NCBI GenBank assembly: GCA_002104945.1
Contig: MCFH01000029.1
Coordinates: forward strand, 372,001 to 436,000
Reading direction: 5' to 3'
Source of the DNA: Piromyces finnis finn
Lineage: Eukaryota; Fungi; Neocallimastigomycota
Length of the DNA stretch: 64,000 nucleotides
How positions within the stretch are numbered: the stretch's first letter is position 1; every line of letters starts with the position of its first letter. Made by a program: the position numbers and the translations under genes. The notes under the pieces are model-generated. The model made no database searches, was not told the origin of the DNA, and was given only the letters and a program-made list of their open reading frames with translations. Of this stretch, positions 29,390 through 41,036 are shown one piece after another.

Positions 29390-31024
29390 ATGGGCAGAAA
29401 AGGAAGTATGAATTTACAAGTTATAACTGATAGCTTTGTAAAAGATCAAAGTCGAAGAAGAAATTGTCAGATATTGAGTGCCAGAGTTCCAACAACACCT
29501 ATTAAATCTCAACAAAGAAAATTATCATCACCAGAAATTGAATTAACTTCATCACCAAATAAAAAACCAGAAGTTAAAGCTTTATCTATTCAGACTGCAC
29601 CAAAATCTGCTATCCCAAAAGGCTCTGTTCCAAGATCAGGTTTTCCAATGTCTGCTGTTCCAAAATCTGCATTCCCAAGTTTAAGAATATCAACTTTAGC
29701 AACTTCAAGTAATAAAACTTCAGGACCAAAAACACCAGTAAGTGCATCAGGTAAAAAAAGTCAAGGATTAACTTTAAAAACACCAACTTCAACCATTCCA
29801 GAAATCGATGCACCAGATACCCCTGTTAATATAATTTATGCAAATGCTTTCTTTGATAATAAAACTCGTGAAGATGAAGAAACAGAAGCTATAAGCAAGA
29901 AAGTATTAAAACAACAAAGAAAAGAAAACATTCGTAATATGCGTCGTGAACGCATGAAACAACCAAAAGATATTAGAGTTGCATTAATTCTTGGTCGTTT
30001 ATATGATGCTTCAAATTATGAACTAGGACCTTTATCTTACTGGTCTGATCCAGAGATTGAAAATATTGAAGAACTAAAGTCTAAGGAAATTAAACAAACT
30101 GAAGAAACAGAAAATAAACCGAAGAAGATGATTCAATTGAATCCAGATGGAGATATAGAAATTGAAGATGAAAAGGAAAAGGACCAGTCAAATAAAATTA
30201 ATCATGATAAAACTAATAATGTAAATGCTCACCCAGCTTGGGTGCCAGAAGATGCTGGTTGTAGTAATGTTGCATGTCAAAAAACAGCTACTAGAATTAA
30301 TGGTAAACTAGTTAAAAAAAATAGAAAACCATATGTAGCTATTGCTTCTTTCTATGCTAAATTATATGATCCAATTATGATGAAGAAAAGAGAAGAAGAA
30401 GAAGAACTACAATTAATTGAAAAACAAAGACAGAATTCAATTATTACTGAATTAAAACCAATGGGAAAAAGTTTTAATTCAAGAAATCAAAATGGTAATA
30501 ATTCTAAATATAATAATAATAGTTTTTATAACAACTATAATTATAGAAACCAAGGAGATCAAAACAATTATCAAAGCAGACAAAACTTTAACAACCAAAC
30601 TTTTAGTAATAATACCTTTAGAAGTAAAAAATACGAAAATAACGATGAATCCAATAAAATAAACTTTAAAGATAATAGAAATCAACAACAACCAAATACT
30701 AGAAGTTTCAACAGTACCAAAAAAGGTTCAATGCAAACTAATAACTATATGAATAATAATTATAATCCAACATATAGTTATGGTTATGTATATCAATACC
30801 CAGTATATCAATACTACGATCCAAATTTAGTACCAAATTATGAATATACCAACTATGGAACAGACTATAATCAAAATTATAGTAACAATTATTATAATAA
30901 ATCTTATAAATATAAACCTAGAATGAATTATAATAATAATACCAATCAATATACATTTAATAATAAAAATAATGATGCTAATTCTTTTAAAAAATATGAA
31001 AAAAAAGTTAATATTAAATCTTAA
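29390..31024 (+). CDS. Intronless 544-aa orphan with an S/P/T/K-rich N-terminus and an N/Y/Q-rich prion-like C-terminus
   Basis: Long open ORF with elevated GC and coding-like codon usage; no family recognised. Confidence 0.8.
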   Translation: MGRKGSMNLQVITDSFVKDQSRRRNCQILSARVPTTPIKSQQRKLSSPEIELTSSPNKKPEVKALSIQTAPKSAIPKGSVPRSGFPMSAVPKSAFPSLRISTLATSSNKTSGPKTPVSASGKKSQGLTLKTPTSTIPEIDAPDTPVNIIYANAFFDNKTREDEETEAISKKVLKQQRKENIRNMRRERMKQPKDIRVALILGRLYDASNYELGPLSYWSDPEIENIEELKSKEIKQTEETENKPKKMIQLNPDGDIEIEDEKEKDQSNKINHDKTNNVNAHPAWVPEDAGCSNVACQKTATRINGKLVKKNRKPYVAIASFYAKLYDPIMMKKREEEEELQLIEKQRQNSIITELKPMGKSFNSRNQNGNNSKYNNNSFYNNYNYRNQGDQNNYQSRQNFNNQTFSNNTFRSKKYENNDESNKINFKDNRNQQQPNTRSFNSTKKGSMQTNNYMNNNYNPTYSYGYVYQYPVYQYYDPNLVPNYEYTNYGTDYNQNYSNNYYNKSYKYKPRMNYNNNTNQYTFNNKNNDANSFKKYEKKVNIKS

Positions 31025-31476
31025 TAATGAAAAATATTAAATTAGCTATAATACATATATGGAATATTAAATTGCTATTAAATATATACTATAAAAAATA
31101 TATTTATATAATATAAATATAATATTGTAATATTATAAAAATTATACCAAATTAAACAATACATATATAATAAATATATGAAATTATTATGTATATTGTT
31201 ATTTTTTTAATATTTTTAATAAAAAGTATTTAAAAATCCAATTGATATTTATTTTTAATATATATAAATTTATAATTATGTAATTGTTGTTGAATATTAA
31301 ATTTTTGTAAAAAAATTTATAATTTTATAATTGTTGAAGATTAAATTTTGTAAAAAAATTTTAAGTGTAATTCATATATGTTATATATCATGATTATAAA
31401 AAGAATAATTAAAAATATTAATAAATAAATATATTTATTTTCAAAATTATAGTATCTATTACTATTTTTATACAGT

Positions 31477-33416
31477 ATGGGTTATTCTACCAGGTATAAA
31501 TACGACATTATATAAATATACAAATACTTTTAATTTTTAAAAATATATTTACTATATTTCATTTTTCATCCATTATTCTATTCATGTATATATTTATAAA
31601 ATAATGGTATAAATTCAAAAAAAAAAAAAAAAGAGAGAAAAAACCAGTTTCATATACTTACGAATATAATGTTAGCGATGATGATGATGTATATGAATAT
31701 AAAGTAAACCCAAGTAAAGAAAAAAAAAAAAAAAAAAAGGACTATACAATAAATGAAAGTAATGACTCCGATTTCAATTCTAGTAATTCTGATTCACAGT
31801 ATTGGAAAAAATCAAAAAAGTAATTTCAAATTAAATTTGAATATAAATAATAACAATAACAATTGATTATACTATATTTATTTTGATAAGAAATAAAATA
31901 TCTTTCAGTAACAATAAAAATTATATTCTCAATTAATTTAGTGTCTAATGATATATGTAATTTTGAATTATTTTAAATATATGTCAAAGTAGTCCTTTAA
32001 AAAGAAAAAGTTTACAGGAAAAAAAGGAAGATGCTCAATTAAGACAGGTATTAAAATTATCAATGCTTGAGCATGAGAATTATCAAAATGACAATGTTGA
32101 AATTATAGTAAATGAAAAATCATATGAATTTGATACAAATAATAGCAAAAACGAAGAAGAAAATGTATTAACAGATGAACTTGTTAATGATGGTTAGAAA
32201 TATAATAGTATTTAACTTATAATTCTTTTTAAGTTAAAAAAATAATTTTTTTTCCTTTTTAATTTATAGATTTAGTAAATGAATTAAGTAAGACAGATGT
32301 ATCTGACATTTCATCATTAACTTTAGAAAGTGATATATCTTCTCATTCAAACAAAGAAAAAGAAATATATCAATTAGATGATAATAGTTCTGATTTTGGT
32401 AAGGAAATAATAGTTTTATTTTAATTGAACTTATTAAGTTTTTTTTCATGGAAGGTAATATACATTTTTAATATTTATATCATTTATTTTTTTTTTTATC
32501 TCTTTTCATTAGATGATTTTAAACCTTCTAAGAAGTCAAAAAATAAGAGAGAAGAAAATGTTACAAATGAATCAAAATCAATAAAAAGAAAAAGAAAAGA
32601 TATTGAAGAAGAAGAAAATATAATTATTTCAGAAGATGAAAATAATTATGATAATGAAACCGAAACGAGAGTAAGAGAACATACCCCAGTATTATCAAAG
32701 AGCTCAGATAATGATAATTATGATGGTGATGATGATAATGATGATGATGATGTATATAAGGAGGAGGATGAAAATTATATCAGTGATAGAAATGATGATA
32801 CAGAAGATGAATATGATGACTATAGCGATTCGCGGAAAAAAAAGTCAAAAAAGAAAAAAACTACAACTAAAATAATCCCAAAGTCTTCTTCAAAATCAAA
32901 TTCAAAGATAAAATCATCAACGAAGAAAGATTCAAAATCAAAAACATCAAAAATAGAAACGCTCAAAACAAAAGAAATTGTTTCAAAAAAAGCTGTAACA
33001 AAAAAATCAATAAATTCACCCATTATAATAAAATCACCAAAACAAAAGATAGGAATTTCTCGATCATCTATAAAATTACCGAATAGTTCAACATCAAAAG
33101 TAAGTGATATTAAATATTATATAAAATTATTGATATTATATATTAATTGTTTAATTATTTATTTACTCATAAAATAATAAATATTTAAATATATTATAAT
33201 ATATTATAGTTAAAAAGTATCAATACACCAATAAGTATGTATTTTATTGATATACTAAAATATTTGAACGATTACTAACTATACTATTATTATAAATAAT
33301 AAAATTATATATTATAATTGAAAGATTCATCAAATATGAGCAGACCACCAAGGATTGGTCTTTCAAGAAAGGTTCATATTAAGCCGCTTCATTCATATCT
33401 TCATCATCCAAAATAA
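31477..33416 (+). CDS. RAD51AP1-like protein, multi-exon
   Basis: Spliced product: MGYSTR|EKKPVSYTYEYNVSDDDD ... EDAQLRQVLKLSMLE (UIM-like) ... acidic then Lys/Ser-rich region ... RPPRIGLSRKVHIKPLHSYLHHPK*. All introns are canonical and in frame. Confidence 0.7.
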
Positions 33417-33506
33417 ATCATACATATATATATATTTTTTAATCATCTTAAAAAACTAAAAAATATTAGAATTAATTAGATATTTCATTAATATATTTAG
33501 AATCAT

Positions 33507-33519
33507 TAATAATAATAAC

Positions 33520-33557
<38 letters not shown>

Positions 33558-33573
33558 TAACAATAACAATAAC

Positions 33574-33623
<50 letters not shown>

Positions 33624-33633
33624 TAACAATAAC

Positions 33634-33669
<36 letters not shown>
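33507..33669 (+). repeat. (AAT)n/(AAC AAT)n compound microsatellite
   Basis: Directly visible; two similar halves. Confidence 0.95.
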
Positions 33670-33670
<1 letters not shown>

Positions 33671-34444
33671 TCATAAATATATAAAATAATACCCATATAA
33701 AATTATTAATGATGTTACACTAAAATACTATTTATTTATTTATTTATTTGTATTTAAAATGAAGTAAAATAAAATAAAATAAAAATAAAAAATTATATTA
33801 TTATCACTAAAAACTATATATTGAATAATATTTATGCATTTTTATATATATTTATTATTATAAGTAATATATAAATATATATTTCTATTTTCTAAGTTAT
33901 ATTATTTAATATTATAAAATTATTGTAATCATTATACTTTGTTTTATATTTTATTAAAATAACGAAACAATTTATCATTATACTATTCATAGATGAATTT
34001 CCATATAAAAAATCAATGCTACATTGTATATATTTAAATTATATTATTAAATATATAGTTTTATGATTTTTTGTTTAAAAATAATATAAAACATTTTTAT
34101 TATCTATAATAATCTATAGGCAAAGATCATGTTATCTTTTCAACATCTAAACTATTTTATATGTAATTTTTAATATTCATGACTTTGTAACATTTCAATA
34201 ATTAAATTATTTACTAAACTTAATTAATTTTAATAAAAAAATCAAAATCAAAATATATAGAAAAATAAAATGATTGTTTTTTGTTCCTTAATAATGGAGG
34301 AAAAGTTTATTTATTAATAATTATTTTTTATAATAAATTTATAAGGCTATTTCTTTTGATTCCTTTTAACTTTTTTTTAGTCTATTATTAAAATTTTTAC
34401 AATAAAATATTATTTTTTAATATATATATAAATATTGATAAAAA

Positions 34445-37400
34445 ATGGAGAATCCTGATTTTAATGAAATTTCTTTATTAAGTTGGGGTAGTGGTCAGAC
34501 AAAAGATGATATTTCTCATAATCATATTGCTGATACCAATCTGAATTTTGATGATGGAAATTTATTATCGGAAACAATACAGGAGTTTGATGAAGCTATG
34601 GGAAATACAAAAACAGAAAGTTTAATTGAAGATGAGTTTGATGGAGATATGAAAGAAATAATAAATGTAGATAATGAAATTAATTATAATATTGAAATAA
34701 TTGATATTAATAATAATAAAAAAGGTAATACAAATCATTATATTGCTTTTGAAAAAGTTAATTTATTAACTAATGATGCTATATCAAAACTTATATTTAA
34801 TTAGTAAATGAATCTAATATAAAAATAAAACGTTAGTTTTCATTAAAATATAAATATATAAATATAAATATTAATATGATATATTTAATTTGTAAAAATT
34901 ATATATATTAATATTTTATTTTTTCATATTTAAAATGAATAAACTTATTGAAAATAATTGCATTATTTTTTAATATTAATAAAATAGAATCATATTCAAA
35001 TGATATTATTATTAAGGATATCGAAAATCATGAATTATACCCTTCTCAGGTAATACCTGAAAAAGACATCAGAACGATTAATGTATCTCTTAATAATAAA
35101 GCAACTTCTGATTCTTCTGATTCTTTAGAGAAAAACGGTTATATTTTAAAATCCGAAAAAGATTCAAGAATAAATAATTTAAATATTGATAATGTTACTA
35201 TTTCTACTATAAATAATAGTAGTAACAAAAATATAAATATAAACATAGATAATAATAATATAGAAAACAAAAGTAGCAGTAATAGTAATAGTGATAATGA
35301 TAACGAAATCGAAGAAAAAAATAATATTAATAATTACAAAGATAATGATGTTAATGATGAAAGTAAAATAAAGTATCTCTATGATAATAACAATAATAAA
35401 AACTTAATTTATAATGATGAAAGTGAAAATAATGTTTTACTCAATTCAGATGCAAATGATAATAGTGAGTATATTGATGAATTGGAATTAAAAAATATGG
35501 ATATTATCAACGAAAATAAAACAACATTCAAAGATAATCTTAATTCAAATAACAAAGAAGAAAATATCAATAGTTTTATATTTCATAAAAAAGATGATGA
35601 GTTTGAAAGTTCCGTCTATAAAAAAGATAATAATGATGTTACAGAAGTCAGTGAGAAAAATATAGAAAATAACGAAAAAATTAATAGTTTTGAAGATAAT
35701 ATTTTTAAGTCAAATAAATCTGAAATTAATTATGATAAGAGTAGCATCAGCTTAAGCGATGAGGACATTATAGATGATATGAAAAAGTATGATATTATTA
35801 AAAACCACAATTTTAAGGATACCAAAATAAATAGTATTGATAATATAGAAAAAAAAGACCAAGTATATTCTTGTTGTATCCTAAGAAAAATTGATCCCAA
35901 AACAGATGATTTTAAAAATGATTTTGAAATATTTTTAAAAAAAATAGAAAGGAATATTAAAGCAGGTGAGGCAATTATAGATGATAATAATGAATTTATT
36001 GAAGAAAATATAGAAATAAGTACTATAAATGATGAATTAAAAATAAACATGGAATATGAAAACAATAGAAAATATATATTACATTCAACAATGGATAATG
36101 ATTATGATTTCAATTATGAATATAAAAGTATAACATTACGAAATAATGAAAATGATCAACAAATAGAAAGTAATTTTGATAATAAGGATAACATATTACA
36201 TAAAAATTTATCTCTTGAAGAATATACTAGTATATTTAAAGACTTTGAAAGAAATATGGAAATATTTAGTAAAATGTTTAATCAAGAAAAATTAGAAAAA
36301 ATATCTGATATTATTAATTCAGGAATTAAATTAATTAACACTATGTGTAAAACATCAAAATGTAAAAATAAAAATAAAAGCATAGCAAAAAATAAAAAGA
36401 ACAGAATAATTTTAAATAATATTATTAATATAATCAATTCATTAATATCAAATGAAAAAAATAAATCAAGAAACGAACCTTCAAAAGCTAAACATATTAA
36501 AGAACAAAAAATGAATGAGAAACAATTTGTAAATATTTATATTTTTATTAATTATTATTTATAATATTAATATATTATAATTATATTATTAAACAACTAT
36601 TTTTTTTTTACTATTCAAATAATAATATGTATGATAGAAAATTTGTAATTCTAATAAATTGATAGAATCAAAAATAATATGTCGAAAAGATTATATACAT
36701 ACATTTGATGATCAAGAAATATTTAATGATTTGAGACCACCCCATTATAATGATACAGAAGATGAAATATTTTTTGTTCCGTCTAAGACTTTATTAATCG
36801 AATGGAATGATTATGTAAATCAACTTAGAATTCTTTCCAAAACAATAGCCAAAAAAAAGTATATTTCATTAATTATGGAAATATGCTATGCACAATACAA
36901 CTGTTGTATATTGGCAAAAATAATATATAATTATATGTCATTTCCATCAGCCTATCATTTATCTTTATTATCAATGGATTACATGAAGGCTGGATTACAT
37001 GAACAGTCATATGAATATATATTAAAAGCCGAAAAATTAATGAAATATCTTAACACAAAAAGAAAACTTTACAGTAAAATTTATTATAATAAAGAAGAGA
37101 CTGATGAAGAATATAAATTAAGAGTAAAAGAAACAGAATGGATTATATATAACGTGCTTGCATTTTTTGATATAAATAATAATGAGTTATTATCGATATT
37201 TTAATTAAAAATAAATATATTATATTTATGATAATATTATATTAATATTCTTTTTTTGTATTTATTATATATATATAAAGTTATGAACATGCAAATTGTC
37301 TTTTAAAAAAATCATTTTTAAGAAGTAAAGTATTTAAAAATAAAGATAGTAAATATATTTCATTAATCAGTGAAACATACAAAATAGCTATAATACTATC

Positions 37401-38515
37401 TGCTAAAAATAAAAATTATGACCAAAGTACAAAATATATATATGAATGGTTATATTTAATAAATAATGAAATGGATAAAGCGAATATTTCATTTGAATAT
37501 ACGAAGGTATTTCTATATATTAAACATTTAATAAGATATTGATAAAATAATATTATATTATTTTTTAATTAAACTTTTTATTGTATTATTATTTTGTTAA
37601 TGTCAATATATGTATATGTGTATATATATAGTTATTATTAAAACATAAACAATTATCAGAAGAAACATTAAATTTTGCAATAAATTCATATAATATATAT
37701 AGTAAAGAAAATATGGATTTCCAAAAAGGATTATCTGCTGGGTTAATTGGTAAAATATATTATAAAATGAACAATTTTTATAATACTCAAGACTATATGA
37801 TGACTGCAGTTTCCGTTATGACATCAACCTTATTAGAAGATCCTATATTTTATAAGGAGTATTTCCCAATATTATATGAATATGAAGTAAATTTATTAAA
37901 TATTTTATTTTTTATATTTTTAATACTAACTTTTTTTTTTTTATTTTCATTTTTTTAAGTATATTTTAATGAATTCATATTTTGAAGTTAGAAATTATAA
38001 AGAGGCTCAAGAATGCTTAGATAAAATAATTTCAAATTATGATTTTAATTCATCACATATATATGATCTTGAAATATATCAAGCTATTATATATGCAAAT
38101 TCAGGTTATATTGTAAAAGTTTTTAAGACTTTAAATATGGTATGGAAATATAATTATTTAATAAATACAAAAATATTTAAACTTGATAAAACTTTTTTTT
38201 TTTTTCTTTTTATATTTAATAAAATTAATAGTTTAAAAATATTAATTAATAATATATTAAATAATAAATAGATCCTTGATAATGTTAAACCAAATTCTGA
38301 ACAAATAGCGAAATGTACAAAATGCTTTGATTTACTTTTTGATCATCATAGAAATCAAATCATCAACTATTTACAATCACCATCACGAACAATCAAAAAT
38401 ATTATATTTAAAATTACTAAAACCAATAATATTATGAATTGGATAAATTCTCAAGTATTGTCTTCTGATAATCGAAAATTCAAATCAAAAAAAGAAAAAC
38501 ACAACAATAAAATAT

Positions 38516-38517
<2 letters not shown>
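34445..38517 (+). CDS. Multi-exon protein with an Asn/Asp-rich low-complexity N-terminal half and a helical, TPR-like C-terminal half
   Basis: In-frame GT-AG joins (G|AA TCA at the first junction; NNND|YEHANCLL; YEYE|YILMNSYFEVRNYKEAQECLDK); last exon ends KHNNKI* at 38517. TPR call is from helix patterning only. Confidence 0.7.
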
Positions 38518-38519
<2 letters not shown>

Positions 38520-38557
<38 letters not shown>

Positions 38558-40492
38558 GGCATCAAATATTTTAAACTTTATTATTAATTTAATTAAAATT
38601 ATAATACATGTAATATAAAAATTAAAATAAAATAAAAATAAAAAAAAAAAAATATGTTTAAATAAACACAAATGAATAAAAATTGGGTATAATGTATTCT
38701 AGTAATTTTAATTAAAGTAAGAAAGCCACTATCATACTAAAGTATAATAATTGTATTTGACTTCCAATGGGACACCGAGCCAAAGATCAAAATTTTGTCA
38801 TGGAACAAAATTATGATCTCCATTGGTTGCGCTGGCCCTCCTGGCCTGTCTTACTGTTTCTTCAGCATTGACGCTCTTGGATGTTGCTTCAAACCTTTTG
38901 AACATTGACCATTGCTGGCCAATAGCAAAAGGCATGATTTTGGTTAGAAGTTCCGCGGTTACCGTCAAGAATGGTGTTCCTTCATTAGTACCAGATTGAA
39001 TCTGACGCTTACAAAGTTCTTTCCATTCCCTTGAATTGTAATTAATATTGTTAAAACTTCTTCCCCCAAGAAGGAATTTAAATATTTTACTGCACACACT
39101 AGAATAATCATACACATTAATATTCACCGGATTATTAGAACTATTACTATCATTAACTAAATTACTATCTAAATTAGAATTATTATCTTCACTATTGCTA
39201 TCATTACTAATATTATTATTTCTATTATTGTTATTATTACTATTGTTACTATTACTATTAATGTTATTACTATCTCTACTGATATTAACATTTTCATTAT
39301 TATTGATAGGACTATTGGAATTACGTTGACTGAAAAAATTTAATAGCTGGACTATGGAATCATAATGTTTAATACGGATATCTCTAAATGTTGGACAATC
39401 TAATAACCAATGTTTAATACTTTGATCTCCACACTTGCAACATGGACAGTAGTTAGGACAAACTGGATCAACAAATTTGGCAGCTTTGGCAACTCTAGCA
39501 TCCAACTTATATCCGCTTCTTGCTTTCAATAGCCAGTAGAAGCCATAGGCAAACTCTGGGTATTCATAACATAATTTAATAAAATCTTTAGTTTCACTAA
39601 ATTTATTATCGTCATAATATTGCGCTTTGATTGAATTTCCTTTGAGATCTTTCCAATAAAAGTTTTTAACTGCTTTAACATCTCCATGTTTCTTTAGTTT
39701 TTTATCAAGTGTCCTACTTGATTTGCACCACGTGTATTTTCTAAATTTAGGAATGTAATTGACAAGGTGTGAGATAATACAATTTGAGTTTTTCCATTTG
39801 TTAAAACATCTAACCTGAGCTAACGCACATTTGGCTGACAATGGAGGAATATTCAAATCTTTTGAAATAGAGTATAAAGATATAAACGATACAGCTTTAT
39901 GAACTCCGGCAACCCATCGTATTCCTTTGTTAACATGCTTCTGAGCAATCCTAGACCTAGCTTTGTTGGATCCAAGTAATGGTGCAAAGTATGAAATTCT
40001 GCTAATCACTTGTGAGTTAAGTACTAGTTTTTTGAAAGGAATAGGAATATTAGGATTTCTTAAGAATTTACTGACTGAGAAAAGCCCTTTCAAAACCTTG
40101 TTATTAAGAGCTTTAATTACTGGTTTAAGGGACAGATTCTTATCAAATGGAACACCAAGATAAGTATAGCAATCAGTAGTTGGAATGGGTTGTCCTGCTA
40201 AGTAAAATGTTGGATCTCTCTTGTTCTGATTTTCTATTGATTCAGGACGAATCACCATCGTTGAACATTTCTGGATACCAAATTCCATTTCATTATACAA
40301 TGCCCATTCATTAACTCTTCTAAGCATCTTTTTTAAGCATCCTCTTGTTGGAGCACAAATAACTATATCATCTGCAAAAAGTCCACCACAGCATCGAGTG
40401 TCACCTAAACTGACTCCTAGATCTTCGCACTCTTTAAATATATCATTAATAAAGAGATTAAAGAGAATAGGAGAAAGAGGGCATCCTTGACG
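38520..40492 (-). mobile_element. 5'-truncated non-LTR retrotransposon (LINE): partial RT, C-terminal CCHC knuckle, 3' UTR, poly(A) tail
   Basis: RQGCPLSPILFNLFINDI, GGLFADDIV, YTYLGVPF, CPCCKCGDQSIKHWLLDC; stop at 38798; poly(A) seen as the T-run 38520-38554; TSD AATAAAATATAAAT at 38506-38519 and 40493-40506. Confidence 0.95.
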
Positions 40493-40786
40493 AATAAAAT
40501 ATAAATATAATATTAATATTATATATTTTCTTTCATAATTTTTTATTTTTTTTTTTTTTTTTTTACTATAATAATTCAAATCCAAACTTAATATAGCATT
40601 AAAATCAAACTTTTAATGATTTTCTGATTAAAACAATATTTTTATTTTTAGTTTTATGATGATAAAAGTTTATTTAATCTTTAATTTTTATCTTTTTTTA
40701 ATATAAAGTTTTATTTATTTATAATTAGTGATTAAATATTAAAATATATTATATGCATTTAAATAAAATACATGAAAGATATATTC

Positions 40787-40821
<35 letters not shown>

Positions 40822-41036
40822 AAAATAAAAGAATATATATGAAATCTATTAATTAAATAAATGAATTAGAAATAAATTAAATAAATTAAAAAACTAAATT
40901 AAAGTGCTATTTTTACTTTTTTTTTTTTTTCTTTTTTTTAAATAAATATTATGTAAATATATATAAAAATATATATAAACAAGAAGTTAAATAAAATATA
41001 TGCAAAAATTCATTTTATAATTCTTACTAAGTAATA

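Noticed and set aside
40493-40585. Apparent N-terminus MDLNYYSKKKK... of the 595-aa RT ORF
   Set aside because: Lies outside the TSD, so it is flanking genomic DNA in frame by chance; the RT lacks its N-terminal motifs and cannot be autonomous.
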